Of a DNA stretch of 64,000 nucleotides, positions 1 through 10,692 are shown piece by piece. The translations under genes and the position numbers were made by a program. The DNA is from Candidatus Kapaibacterium sp. GTDB lineage: Bacteria; Bacteroidota; Ignavibacteria; Palsa-1295. Every line of letters starts with the position of its first letter. The stretch's first letter is position 1. The notes below the pieces were generated by a model. That model was not told the origin of the DNA, did not search any database, and saw only the letters and a program-made list of their open reading frames with translations. The stretch covers positions 41,899-105,898 of the forward strand of contig JBBQGG010000002.1 in NCBI GenBank assembly GCA_038322815.1, in the 5' to 3' direction.

Positions 1-1541
1 AATGATTGCAATTCGGCTTTTGCGAAAAGTTTGAGAGCAGCATTGTTACTGCCATTTTCTGAGATCAGCGAATGCAAGGCAATTGCATCGTTTGCGAAAT
101 CACTGTTGGCATCTGTTATGATAGAATCAAGCTTCGCGATCGATGAATCGAAGTTGCCGATAAAATAATCTATCTTTGCCTGTTCAAGCATAACATGTTT
201 TGCGGTTTCGAGATCATCAGGCCTTCTCCGTTTGGCAATGATGGCAGATATATTATTCAATCGTAAACCTGCGGTAACAAGGTCACCTTGTGCTAAGGCA
301 ATTTCTTCAAGTGCAAAATATGCATCGCGGGTTTTTTCAGTATATGATTGAGACCTGGTTAAAATATTTTCGTAAACATACTGTGCAGTCGGATAATTAT
401 GAAGCACCTTAAATGATAGTTCTCCGGCATGCAGCAATGCATCGAAGGCAAGATCGGTCTGCAATTGTGCCGAAGCATAATTCTGATAATCCGAAACCAG
501 TCGCTCAAGTGAATCATGCGGAGTATCGGGCAATGATCTGAAATATGCTTCTTTCGTTTTTAATGCGCCAAGCTCTGCCATCGAAACAAAATATTTTCTT
601 TGTGGATCATTTCCGGCTCCGTCGCGGAAACGTTTGATCGCCTCAGAATATGCCATTACGGCAACATCAAGCGCACCTTCATTGCGGATGCGTTCGGCAA
701 ATTGGTATAGCTCATACCCTCCTGCGCTTGCCGAGGAATTTTTCACTCCGAGATTATCGAGCTTCAAAAATATTTGCAGTGCACCCTTATAATTTTTCAG
801 TTCACCATAGCACCAGCCTAATAAGCGAAGCTCTGCCGGTGTTGCTTTATCAATATCTATATGCGACGTTACAACTCTGATGATCTGACGTCGCACAGAT
901 GAATCGGCAGTGAAGCGCGAAATACCTTGCTCGATGTAGGAAAGCTCCTGCTCATTCGTATGAAGCATTGCAAGATATTCTTTCGTCCCTTCATCATATT
1001 TACTAAGTTTGAAATATAGTGCAGCGATCTCTCGGGTGAATTGATCGCTTTCTTCGGAATTCTTACGCCGCCTGATAAGCATTGCCAGGGTTTCTTCCTG
1101 ATATCCGGCATCCATCATTGTCTGTGCAGTGAGGATCGAACTCGAAAAAGAACCCATGCCCTTGATCAATTTTTCAGCATGAGCAAAGGCATCAAGCGCC
1201 TCGGATTTTTTATTCAATCGTGAGCGGACTCTGGCAACATTCAAATACAGATCGAAGGTCTCAGGCTCCCTCGATAGACGCTGATTCATTAGCGTATCAG
1301 CCTCGGCATAACGCTTCAGCGCATAAAGGCTTCGGAATAATCCATCCGATATTTCTACCATATCGGGTCGGGCATTATGTAATTCCTTATAAATCCTTAC
1401 AGCATTCGTGAGATCCCGTGTCTCTTCATATACTCGTGCGATTTGGTATTGGTTGGCAAAGGTACGCTCATCCATCGGCTGTGCCCGAAGCATGCCGCAG
1501 AAGATGAAAACCGAAAGTAATGATAATAGAAATTGCTTCAC
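1..1541 (-). CDS. TPR-repeat protein with signal peptide (C-terminal part runs off window start)
   Basis: Manual minus-strand translation from a GTG at 1539-1541 gives VKQFLLSLLSVFIFCGMLRAQP... The signal peptide is followed by repeated TPR-like helical pairs. The frame stays open to position 1. Confidence 0.55.
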   Translation of the reverse strand, partial: MKQFLLSLLSVFIFCGMLRAQPMDERTFANQYQIARVYEETRDLTNAVRIYKELHNARPDMVEISDGLFRSLYALKRYAEADTLMNQRLSREPETFDLYLNVARVRSRLNKKSEALDAFAHAEKLIKGMGSFSSSILTAQTMMDAGYQEETLAMLIRRRKNSEESDQFTREIAALYFKLSKYDEGTKEYLAMLHTNEQELSYIEQGISRFTADSSVRRQIIRVVTSHIDIDKATPAELRLLGWCYGELKNYKGALQIFLKLDNLGVKNSSASAGGYELYQFAERIRNEGALDVAVMAYSEAIKRFRDGAGNDPQRKYFVSMAELGALKTKEAYFRSLPDTPHDSLERLVSDYQNYASAQLQTDLAFDALLHAGELSFKVLHNYPTAQYVYENILTRSQSYTEKTRDAYFALEEIALAQGDLVTAGLRLNNISAIIAKRRRPDDLETAKHVMLEQAKIDYFIGNFDSSIAKLDSIITDANSDFANDAIALHSLISENGSNNAALKLFAKAELQS

Positions 1542-1707
1542 AGATTTTAATACGGTATTTCTCAGGATTTGTAACCGTTTATGCAAGTGAAATGTCACCA
1601 GCCTCTAACATAACGAGTGGGAAAGACCTAAAGCCACTAATGCTTCCGAATGTTCGTATCTTTGTAAAACAGAATTACCAATATAACTTATTCAAGGCAA
1701 GCGAAGA

Positions 1708-2154
1708 ATGTCTATAAGATTCCGAAGATCCTTCAAGGTATTTCCCGGCATCAAAATTAACATCGGAAAACGAGGCATAACCACTTCCGTAGGAATAAGG
1801 GGGGCACATATTACATTCGGAAAGAATGGCACGTATATTGGCACAGGAATTCCTGGTACAGGCATTTCACAACGGACCAGACTTACCGGACCTATTTACG
1901 AAGGACCTCATGAAATTTCCAATTCCATTCAAACTCCTGGAGTCACGAATGAAGTCAAACATTACAAACTCGGAATTACTTTCTGGTTGATCTTTGGAAC
2001 TCTCCTTCTTGCACTCTTCCAAAATCCGACGCTTTTAGAATTCTATTGGCTCTTTATTGCAGCCTTCGTTATTCTCCGGTTTATGGTAAGGTCAGTACGG
2101 AAGAAATCAATTATTCCAGACCCTGATATTAAAGATAAATTAGAGACGAAATGA
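1708..2154 (+). CDS. DUF4236 domain-containing membrane protein
   Basis: The N-terminal segment KINIGKRGITTSVGIRGAHITFGKNG fits the DUF4236 signature. There is a C-terminal TM helix. The stop overlaps the next start as ATGA. Confidence 0.6.
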   Translation: MSIRFRRSFKVFPGIKINIGKRGITTSVGIRGAHITFGKNGTYIGTGIPGTGISQRTRLTGPIYEGPHEISNSIQTPGVTNEVKHYKLGITFWLIFGTLLLALFQNPTLLEFYWLFIAAFVILRFMVRSVRKKSIIPDPDIKDKLETK

Positions 2155-3023
2155 AAAAAAATAGCATTAGAAGACAAGTTTTTTTAATAATTCACGATAA
2201 GCATCCTAATAAAAAAGTTGAACTTACTTTTAGGGTTTTTATTACTGTATTGATTTTTCTGAGCATAATTTCTATTATGCTTGCAACTGTTGAAAACTTC
2301 CGTGATGAATATTACGATTATCTTCATGGGTTTGAATTATTTACTGTCGGTGTTTTTACAATAGAATATATTCTCGGGTTGTGGTGTGCTGTAGAGGAGG
2401 AAAAATATAGACATCCTTTTTTTGGAAGGCTGCGTTATATGGGTTCTTGGTTTGCCCTTATAGATCTTCTTGCTATCCTACCATTTTATTTTCGTACCTT
2501 TACTTCGGTCGATCTTCGATTTATCAGAGTCGTAAGACTTCTCAGAATCTTTAGACTTTTGCAACTTCCCACGTACGCAAAGTCACTTTCGATGATTCTA
2601 AGAGTTTTGAAAAAGCGAAAAACAGATTTAGTGACAGCTTTTTTCCTTATTGCCGTGGTCTTGATAATAACTTCGTCTATCATGTTTTATGTAGAGCACG
2701 ATGCACAACCAAAAGTATTTTCAAGTATTCCAGCAACCTTATGGTGGGGAGTGGTAACCCTTACCACCACAGGATACGGAGATATCTTCCCTATTACAAC
2801 TCTCGGTAAAATTTTAGGCTCGATTATTAGTATTACTTGCATTGGTTTTCTAACATTACCAGCAGCAATCTTTACTGTTGGTTTCTTTGATGAAATACAA
2901 TCCGCAAATACAAAATCACACCACGACGTTATTTCTCAGTTGGAAAGAATAGCAACATTAAAAGAGAAAAATATACTTAGCCAAGAGGAATTTGAAAAAC
3001 AGAAAGCAAAAATTCTAAGTTAA
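2151..3023 (+). CDS. voltage-gated potassium channel (6TM, TTTGYGD filter) with SHOCT-like C-terminal tail
   Basis: It has an S4 arginine ladder (RFIRVVRLLRIFRLLQL) and a pore sequence VTLTTTGYGDIFP. It is translationally coupled to the DUF4236 gene. Confidence 0.8.
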   Translation: MKKNSIRRQVFLIIHDKHPNKKVELTFRVFITVLIFLSIISIMLATVENFRDEYYDYLHGFELFTVGVFTIEYILGLWCAVEEEKYRHPFFGRLRYMGSWFALIDLLAILPFYFRTFTSVDLRFIRVVRLLRIFRLLQLPTYAKSLSMILRVLKKRKTDLVTAFFLIAVVLIITSSIMFYVEHDAQPKVFSSIPATLWWGVVTLTTTGYGDIFPITTLGKILGSIISITCIGFLTLPAAIFTVGFFDEIQSANTKSHHDVISQLERIATLKEKNILSQEEFEKQKAKILS

Positions 3024-3078
3024 GTTGGGTGAATTAAATAGGAGTCCATTGAGCAACTCAGAACAACGATGCATTAGT

Positions 3079-3630
3079 TCAAAATGCAAAAACATCTTCA
3101 ACCTTCATGGAGAAGCCTGGAAACATGGGAGATTCTAATTTTCCTGTTTTGCGGACCATGGATTCAGTTCGGTAGAATTCGCCGTCTTTGATCATGATCT
3201 CGATTGTTTCCGCTTCGGGATCAACGATCCAGTATTCCGAGACGCCATGCTCGCAATACATTTCTTTCTTGCGAGTAAAATCATAATAGGCATTGGATGG
3301 AGAAAGTATTTCGATTACCAGATCGGGCACGATATTGAATTTCTTTTTTCCGATAAGATGTGCGCGCTCTTTGCACACGAAAAGTATGCCAGGTTGATAG
3401 ACATCGTGATCGGTGAGCTGAATATCAAGCGGCGCAAAGAAAATTCTTCCTGATTTTTTCGATTCTATAAATTCGTCGAGTTCACGAAAAAGATTACGTA
3501 AAATCCCTTGATGAAACGGTGGGGGCTGGGGCTCATAATTAATTCTCCGCCGATAAGCTAATAGGGTGCGCCTTCGGGCAACCGTTCGTAGTCTTCAATC
3601 GTCGCCGGTTTTGGTTCAGTTAATAGCATA
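3079..3630 (-). pseudogene. Uma2-family (DUF820) endonuclease, disrupted by an in-frame TAG and a frameshift
   Basis: Manual translation gives MLLTEPKPATIEDYERLPEGAPY, then TAG at plus 3558-3560, then LIGGELIMSPSPHRF. After a 1-nt frame change it continues HQGILRNLFRELDEFIESKKSGRIFFAPLDIQ..., which joins the listed ORF 3079..3378. Confidence 0.45.
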
Positions 3631-3694
3631 GAGTTTCGATAGAATTTGTAACAGGAGGCATTCTTTTTCGTTCCAAATGATCAGTATACGGTAG

Positions 3695-5050
3695 TTATAT
3701 ATACTTCTCCGGCTCCAATCCCTTCAACCTTTCCCGAATTTCTTTTTCTTTTCCGTATTCTGTCGGATCGTAATAGATTTTATCTTTTAATTCTTCGGGC
3801 AGGCAATTCATTTCGGCATGGGCGTTTTCTTCGGAGTGCGCATATTTGTAGCCTTTGCCGTAGCCAAGTTCTTTCATGAGCTTTGTCGGCGCATTGCGGA
3901 TATGCAGAGGGACGGGAAGATCGGGATGAGCTTTAATATCTTCCATTGCCTTGCCGATGGCAGTTGTTGCCGCATTGGATTTCGGCGCAGCGGCAAGATA
4001 GGCAGCCGTCTGCGAAAAGATGAGTTGCGATTCCGGCCAGCCGACTGAACGGATCGCCGTCCAGCAGCTTGTCGAAAGTACAAGCGCCATCGGATCGGCA
4101 TTGCCGATATCTTCGGAAGCAAGAATCACCATCCGCCGCGCGATAAATTCAGGATCTTCGCCGGCATCTATCATTCGTGCAAGCCAGTAGATCGCAGCAT
4201 TGGGATCGGAGTTGCGCATGGATTTGATAAAGGCGCTGATAATATCGTAATGCATTTCGCCGCCTTTATCATATCGCGATGCTTTACGTCCGAAAGCACT
4301 TTCAACTATTTCCTGCGATAGATGAATTTCTTTTCCGGATGCAGCAGTAAGTGATACTCCAAGTTCAAGTGCCGAAAGCATCTTGCGGACATCTCCGCCG
4401 GATAATGCAAAGAGCGCTGTTTTCGCTTCCGGTTCAAAGGTGATCTGTAAGTTTTTTAATTCTTCATCCTGCTTCAATGTCCGTTGCAAAACTTCTTCAA
4501 GATCGCTTTCGCCAAGTGATTCAAGAACATAAACCCGTGTTCGTGATAGAAGCGGAGAAATAACTTCGAATGAAGGATTTTCGGTCGTTGCTCCGATCAG
4601 TGTGATAGTGCCGTCTTCCACTGCACCAAGAAGTGCGTCCTGTTGCGATTTTGAGAAGCGGTGAATTTCGTCTATGAAAAGTATGCTGCGCTTTTTATTG
4701 CGTGCATTCGATCGGCGAGCTTCGTCTATCGTTTCGCGCAATTCTTTTACTCCGCTTGAAACTGCGGATAACGAATAGAACGCTGTGCCTGCATTTTGCG
4801 CTAATGCTCTGGCAATCGTCGTCTTCCCTGTTCCGGGTGGTCCCCAAAGGATCATAGAATAAATATTTCCCGAGCGTGACATCTGCTCAAGGGGCTTGCC
4901 TTCGCCAATGAGATGCTTCTGCCCGACGATATCGTGAAGTGTTTTCGGACGCATCCTCTCAGCAAGCGGTGCGAACCGATCAGCAGGATGAAATCCTTCT
5001 CCGAAGGTTTCCTGCCCAGAGGATGAATGCTGTTCGTTCTGTTTTCGCAT
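3695..5050 (-). CDS. rarA: replication-associated recombination protein A (AAA+ ATPase)
   Basis: It has a Walker A motif (GPPGTGKTT) and RarA/MgsA-specific C-terminal helical domains. Confidence 0.9.
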   Translation of the reverse strand: MRKQNEQHSSSGQETFGEGFHPADRFAPLAERMRPKTLHDIVGQKHLIGEGKPLEQMSRSGNIYSMILWGPPGTGKTTIARALAQNAGTAFYSLSAVSSGVKELRETIDEARRSNARNKKRSILFIDEIHRFSKSQQDALLGAVEDGTITLIGATTENPSFEVISPLLSRTRVYVLESLGESDLEEVLQRTLKQDEELKNLQITFEPEAKTALFALSGGDVRKMLSALELGVSLTAASGKEIHLSQEIVESAFGRKASRYDKGGEMHYDIISAFIKSMRNSDPNAAIYWLARMIDAGEDPEFIARRMVILASEDIGNADPMALVLSTSCWTAIRSVGWPESQLIFSQTAAYLAAAPKSNAATTAIGKAMEDIKAHPDLPVPLHIRNAPTKLMKELGYGKGYKYAHSEENAHAEMNCLPEELKDKIYYDPTEYGKEKEIRERLKGLEPEKYI

Positions 5051-5229
5051 AGTAGTATCATAGATAAACGTTTAAGTTAAAGGTATTGGTTTTGCAAATA
5101 ATTTCACTTCGATTTGGTAAATGTTACTACATGGTAATTTGAACATGGAGTTAAGTGCATAGCTTTTAAAAAGTATCGGAACTTAATAAAAAAATGTTTT
5201 TGTTTTTTGTGTAAATTTAATAAGATTAA

Positions 5230-6438
5230 ATGCATATAATCAGGATGTTTGCGGTATTTTTTCTGCTTTTATTAAGCAGAGGATATGCATTCTCGAATGG
5301 AAAAAATCCTGAGCGGCAATACAAAAAATTTTTACAAAAAATAACAAAAATAAAATCCGGTAAAATTTCGTATGAATTGGATAAAAAACCATTTTACAAA
5401 TCCAATTCCCGCAAAGATTTATACCAACTTGAATACACTCGATCAGAAACCGATTCTAATAAATATGCTCTTTGGATACATATCCCGGAATTGGGTGTTG
5501 ATGAGATATATTCAAATGATACCGCTCACACCGTCTGGCACAAGAAGAAGGTCATCACATGGAAGAGAATGACTCCCGGCGAATACAGGGATGAAGTAAG
5601 CAACGATCTCTCAAACTTTACATTTGGTATCCCTGGTTCAATAATCAAGAAAACACTTTCTACGGACACACTTTTTTCCGACACAATTATTAATCGCAAT
5701 GCTTTTGTTAAGATACTGAAAACAAATAAACTGAAGGGTCACAATGCAGACTCCACTGAAACATCTTTTATTTTTTCATTGGAAGATAATAATAAAATGA
5801 CCTTTGAAAATAAAATTTGGCGTGATGGAGAAGTACAGATTTTTCAGGAAAAAAATCGACAGGCTGTGTATTCTGATTTTTTCGATATCTTTCTTGCAAA
5901 GAGAATACATGATTACCTCCATCATCTACTTCGCGACTCTAATTATACACTTGTTGCTGAGGATGATTTCTCTCCTTTTCAAGATTCAGGGAAACAAAAA
6001 TTCATTCAAGTAGGAGATACTTTTCTTTCTGCCGGTTACCAGACAATTGCCGGGGAAGATATAGATATTTCGGAATTTCATTCGAAATTAACACTCTTGG
6101 ATTTTAGTTATATGGCTTGTGAGCCCTGCAGGCAGTCTATTCCTTTTATTGTGAATCTTTTCAAAAAATATCAGGATAGTGGTTTGAGAATATGGGGTAT
6201 TGATCCATTTGATAAAAAGGAAAAAGATATTTTTTTACGATACGCATCAAGATACCATATAGATTTTCCTATGCTCTTTACTGATAAAACTAAAATGAAA
6301 GAAATAGGTATCAATGGTTATCCGACGTATGTGCTTCTTGATAAAAATATGAAAGTTCTCTCTGTATTCAATGGCTTTGGACCATTATCTGTTGATTCAT
6401 TTCTTGAACCTCAGATAAAGGATTTTCTCCGCAGATAG
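5230..6438 (+). CDS. secreted protein with C-terminal TlpA-like thioredoxin-fold domain (CEPC motif)
   Basis: It has a signal peptide. The C-terminal ~130 aa carry a CxxC motif (MACEPCRQ) and redoxin-like secondary-structure motifs. Confidence 0.55.
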   Translation: MHIIRMFAVFFLLLLSRGYAFSNGKNPERQYKKFLQKITKIKSGKISYELDKKPFYKSNSRKDLYQLEYTRSETDSNKYALWIHIPELGVDEIYSNDTAHTVWHKKKVITWKRMTPGEYRDEVSNDLSNFTFGIPGSIIKKTLSTDTLFSDTIINRNAFVKILKTNKLKGHNADSTETSFIFSLEDNNKMTFENKIWRDGEVQIFQEKNRQAVYSDFFDIFLAKRIHDYLHHLLRDSNYTLVAEDDFSPFQDSGKQKFIQVGDTFLSAGYQTIAGEDIDISEFHSKLTLLDFSYMACEPCRQSIPFIVNLFKKYQDSGLRIWGIDPFDKKEKDIFLRYASRYHIDFPMLFTDKTKMKEIGINGYPTYVLLDKNMKVLSVFNGFGPLSVDSFLEPQIKDFLRR

Positions 6439-6539
6439 CGCAGCAAAATTTCCTGCCCAGATGATGAATGGTCTTTACGTGTTGCCGGCATAATGGTGCT
6501 TATATTTTGTAAGACTAAGTTATGAAAAAATCAAATGCA

Positions 6540-6715
6540 GTCATTTCGAACGGAGTCTGCCGCGACGAAGGAGCGGGAGACGTAGAGAGAAATCTATATA
6601 ATAAGAATAAGTCATTATTTCTTCTCCCTATTGGGAATTTAAAGGATCTATTCTTATTAATAGATTTCTCTCTCCTTTTCGCTCTTGGGGAGCGAAACTC
6701 CGTTCGGAATGACAA
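6540..6715. repeat. ~175-bp imperfect palindromic (MITE-like / cruciform) element
   Basis: A left arm gtcatttcgaacggagt...agagagaaatctatataataagaataag pairs with a right arm cttattcttattaatagatttctctct...actccgttcggaatgac. Each arm has an internal hairpin. A half copy lies at 16355-16412. Confidence 0.5.
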
Positions 6716-6823
6716 AGCAGGCCGTACTCCTCACTTTCCTGAAACTTAAATAGTCTATAATTGAATTTACTATTAGCTTGCCCACATCGGATTTAGTACA
6801 TTATAACAGAACATAGTAATATT

Positions 6824-9793
6824 ATGTCACGTTTTTACATCTTCGCTGCGCTTTCATGCATTGGACTTTCTTTTCTTTATGCGCCATCCGTTTTTGCGCA
6901 GCAAACCGAGTCTTCGGAAAATGAGCTTTTGAAATCAGCCGTTACCGTGCCAAATGAAATTGGTGTATATAAAGGGATCAATTCCATTCCCGAAGCTATC
7001 CGCAAGACAAAGCCTTTTGCCAGACTGCTTTCGGATATGCAGCACACTTCCGGACTTAATGGTATCTATGAGCGGCAAACACGTATCGAAGCTTTCGGGC
7101 AGTCGCAATCCGATCTGTTCCGCGATGCGATGATCGCGGATAAAGTATCAGGCAGCAAGCTTCCCGTTTTTTCGGCAGCATGGGTAAATGTCGGACCGGT
7201 AAATACGGGAGGATGCACGAAGGCATTAGCCTTTCATCCAACAGATGGAAATACGATCTATGCCGGAGCTGCTGCAGGTGGTGTATGGAAAACAACGAAT
7301 GCCGGATCGTCATGGACTCCGCTGACCGATCTTGTTATACCCGATCTTGCCGTAGCTTCTATAGCTGTCGATCCATCTTCTCCAAATACGATCTATGTCG
7401 GCTCGGGTGATCCCTCCGTTGCCTCTGACGGATTGCCGGGTACAGGGCTGTATAAATCTACTGATGCAGGATCGACATGGAACCGCATGGCTTCAGCAAC
7501 ATTGACCGGAGGCGTAAATAAAGTTCTTGTTCATCCGACCAATTCTAATATCGTTTTTGCATGCAGCTACGATAATGGTCGAGGTGTGTACCGCTCAACA
7601 AATGGCGGAGTAACATTCACAAAAGTATTTACTGCTGCGGCAGTTATCTGGGATATTATCTCCGCGCAAAAGATCGGCAATCAGTTGCTGATGTATTTTG
7701 TCGAAGGAAATCAGCCTGGCGGTACTTCAACAGAATGCGGAGTATATAAATCACTTGATGACGGAGCAACATGGATAAAGATATCTGTAGGCGGTTTACC
7801 GGCAGGGAATACTATTGGTAAATCTGCTCTTGCAATTCCTTCCGGTGATAAAACAAAGGTCTATTGTCTGATGGCAAAACCCGATGGAAATTTACAGGGA
7901 TTATATCTATCCACAAACTCCGGAGTACTATTCAATCAGGTTGCAACAGTTCCTTCGTCGATCTTTAATCCCAACGGCAACGGTCCGCAGGGTTGGTACG
8001 ATCTTTATCTTGCCATCGCGCCTACGACAACACCAAACGATACGCTTTATATCGGAGGGGTCGAAGCGTATTATTCTTTCAATAGCGGCAACTCATGGAC
8101 TGCCTACAGTGATTATAGCGGCACCCATAACGTCCATGTTGATAATCAATCAATTGCTATCGACCCTACCAATTCGCGCAGAGTCTATACTGGAACAGAT
8201 GGCGGAGTCTATCGCTCTATTGATGCGGGGCAAACATGGACATACCGTTCTGCCGGAATGGAAACCATGCGCTTTTACCATATAGGTCTTGATAAGAATG
8301 ATTTCTTAAAAACCTATGCCGGAGCTCAGGATCAAGGAACCTGGAAAGTGACTTCAGGTCAATCACCGTCGCAGATCTTTGGTGGCGATGGGTTCCAGCC
8401 TATTGTCGATCCGAGTAATTCAAATACGATCTATGCTGAGGGTCCGGTCGGCGATCTATTTAAATCAACAAACGGAGGCGGAAATTTTACTTCGATCGAC
8501 GATCCTGCTTTTGTACAGGGAAATGCGAATTTCGAGCCTTCGGATTGGGAAACGCCATTTGCTATGGCACCGAAAAACAGTTCGACACTCTTTACCGGAA
8601 GGCAGCGTCTTTGGCAAAGTGTCAATGGCGGTAGTTCATGGAATGCGATCTCTCCAACACTGGTGCTCAATAATTATACCTATTTAATCGAATCCATCGG
8701 TTTATCGCCTGCCAATAACCAACACTTTTGGACGGGATATCAAGGCGGAAAGATCAGACTTACTACCGATGGCGGTTCGAATTGGGCTGATAAATCTACA
8801 GGATTACCGGGAAGTACTGTCCGTTCGATCGTCTGCCATCCAACCGATGCAGCGTGGGCACTTGCAGCATTTGAATCGTATGGAAATGCAGTGCGTGTTA
8901 TGCGCACCACAAATTCCGGAACTTCGTGGACAAATGTTTCGGGGACTACAGCAAAACTTCCGGGTGTGCCGGTGAATTGTGTGGCGCTTGACTCTACCAG
9001 TCCTTCAACGGTATGGTATGCGGCAACTGATAACGGAATTTATTATACGCGCGATGCAGGAGTTACCTGGTCAATAGCGGGTTCAGGTTTAGGACTTGCT
9101 CCGTGCTGGGATGTCCAGGTACATGCGAATAAGACAACGATCCGAGTCGGAACGCATGGCAGAAGCATTTGGGAAGGCAACGTCAATATTCTTCCCGTCG
9201 AACTTACGGGACTAAGCGCTACGAAAACAATTACCGGCACAAAGCTCGATTGGAAAACAGATAGCGAGCGAAGTAACTCGGGCTTCAAAGTAGAACGCAG
9301 TTATAATTATGCGACATTCGAAGAGCTAAGTTTTATTCCGGGAGCAGGAAATTCAAATACGGAAATTTCGTACAACTATTTCGATCCGAAACATGATGAC
9401 GGATATTATATCTATCGCCTTGAACAAGTTGATCTTGATGGCTCAACCCATTTATCGAATATCGTGGAAGTCCGCTATGGTGCAGCATCTGCACTGCGCT
9501 TAGACCAGAGCTTTCCGAACCCTTTCTTTGCCGGCAGTGCAGCAACAGGAAGTGCCCGAATCCGATACGAACTACCGAATCCCGATGAAGTAACACTGAA
9601 ATTTGTTTCGGTATCCGGCGCCGTCGTTCGTACGCTCATTGACCACCAAACTCAGCAAGCAGGTGAACAAAATATCTTCTGGGATGGTACCGATGATAAG
9701 GGACTTCCTGTGGCAAGCGGAGTATACTATTACAGACTCGATACGAAATCAGGAAGCAGCCTCTGGAATAAAATGATTTTGGTTACGAAGTAA
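6824..9793 (+). CDS. BNR/Asp-box repeat protein (sialidase/GH74-like beta-propellers) with T9SS C-terminal sorting domain
   Basis: It has a signal peptide and many SxDxGxTW Asp-box repeats. The C-terminal ~80 aa match the Por/T9SS sorting-domain pattern. Confidence 0.75.
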   Translation: MSRFYIFAALSCIGLSFLYAPSVFAQQTESSENELLKSAVTVPNEIGVYKGINSIPEAIRKTKPFARLLSDMQHTSGLNGIYERQTRIEAFGQSQSDLFRDAMIADKVSGSKLPVFSAAWVNVGPVNTGGCTKALAFHPTDGNTIYAGAAAGGVWKTTNAGSSWTPLTDLVIPDLAVASIAVDPSSPNTIYVGSGDPSVASDGLPGTGLYKSTDAGSTWNRMASATLTGGVNKVLVHPTNSNIVFACSYDNGRGVYRSTNGGVTFTKVFTAAAVIWDIISAQKIGNQLLMYFVEGNQPGGTSTECGVYKSLDDGATWIKISVGGLPAGNTIGKSALAIPSGDKTKVYCLMAKPDGNLQGLYLSTNSGVLFNQVATVPSSIFNPNGNGPQGWYDLYLAIAPTTTPNDTLYIGGVEAYYSFNSGNSWTAYSDYSGTHNVHVDNQSIAIDPTNSRRVYTGTDGGVYRSIDAGQTWTYRSAGMETMRFYHIGLDKNDFLKTYAGAQDQGTWKVTSGQSPSQIFGGDGFQPIVDPSNSNTIYAEGPVGDLFKSTNGGGNFTSIDDPAFVQGNANFEPSDWETPFAMAPKNSSTLFTGRQRLWQSVNGGSSWNAISPTLVLNNYTYLIESIGLSPANNQHFWTGYQGGKIRLTTDGGSNWADKSTGLPGSTVRSIVCHPTDAAWALAAFESYGNAVRVMRTTNSGTSWTNVSGTTAKLPGVPVNCVALDSTSPSTVWYAATDNGIYYTRDAGVTWSIAGSGLGLAPCWDVQVHANKTTIRVGTHGRSIWEGNVNILPVELTGLSATKTITGTKLDWKTDSERSNSGFKVERSYNYATFEELSFIPGAGNSNTEISYNYFDPKHDDGYYIYRLEQVDLDGSTHLSNIVEVRYGAASALRLDQSFPNPFFAGSAATGSARIRYELPNPDEVTLKFVSVSGAVVRTLIDHQTQQAGEQNIFWDGTDDKGLPVASGVYYYRLDTKSGSSLWNKMILVTK

Positions 9794-9881
9794 TGTGGGT
9801 TAAATATTTCAGAGTATAAATCTGCCTCTGTAACCCTATAAATATCAACATTATAATTGTGCACACCACCCCTTTCCCTTT

Positions 9882-9922
9882 AAAACCAAAGAGTCGGCTT
9901 TTGCCGACTCTTTGGTTTTAGA
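9882..9922. terminator. Rho-independent terminator (perfect 17-bp stem, T-run)
   Basis: The sequence aaaaccaaagagtcggc-tttt-gccgactctttggtttt forms the stem-loop. A-runs and T-runs on both sides make it potentially bidirectional. Confidence 0.7.
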
Positions 9923-10037
9923 ATTTGGGTTGAATTTCATCCTGCAAATATACGAAATTTTTCATCATGTGTCAAGGTGCTCAAACCGTGTTTTTATCAA
10001 CATTTTATCCACATAGGTGTTTGTTGATGAATAATTT

Positions 10038-10674
10038 TTATTTTACATGCTCTATCTTTCTTGTCACAACTTCATTCCCACTTTGCATAGAATCACCGGC
10101 TGCATTATCCATTCGTGAGAAATATTTTTCCTGAACCAAATTTGTGTTCTTGTCGAACTTGGCAAAAGGTGAGATATCGTTTGAATCTAATGTATTATTA
10201 TGCCAGGAATATTGCACTGTATCAATGTATCGCCACCGATATCCTCCGTCATTTGGCTAAATCAATTTTTTCAGGAGAAGGGTAATAAATTCTTTGTTTT
10301 AGTTTTTCACCGATATCCTGCAAACCTATACTCCCGGATGTAAAATCAAGAGGATAGGCATCATAACCTTTGCGTCTCCCACCGAACGGGGCTTGGTTAG
10401 CGGCAATGGCGCTGTATGTAAATACAACATTAATTCCTAGTGAATCCATTAAACGTTGTACTCTTGTCGGGCTTTCCTTCGGAGGGGCACCATTTGTGGT
10501 AGGCCAGCCTTGATCGGGGAAAAAGCTGTCATAAGCTTCAAATCGAATTGAATCCAAATTTTCCCAACCTTTCGATACTACCATCTGAGAGGATGAGAGC
10601 CGAGGAAAGACAAAAAATAAAGAAAACGATACGAGAAGCACAAGGTGCTTTAATAAAATAATAATGCTTTTCAT
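10038..10674 (-). CDS. secreted hypothetical protein; reading frame changes near 10250-10262
   Basis: Listed ORF 10249..10674 has a signal peptide. Its stop is followed in another frame by an open 83-codon stretch (PNDGGYRWRYIDTVQYSWHNNTLDSNDISPF...) that ends at the TAA at 10038-10040. Confidence 0.4.
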
Positions 10675-10692
10675 AGGTATATTCCGTTAAAA

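Noticed and set aside
7056-7313. Short ORFs antisense to or nested in large genes (e.g. 7056..7313, 29258..29665, 29282..29746, 31632..32042, 45538..45780, 51669..51905)
   Set aside because: They lie entirely inside well-supported long CDSs on the other strand or frame, and no motif or start context supports them. They are treated as spurious.
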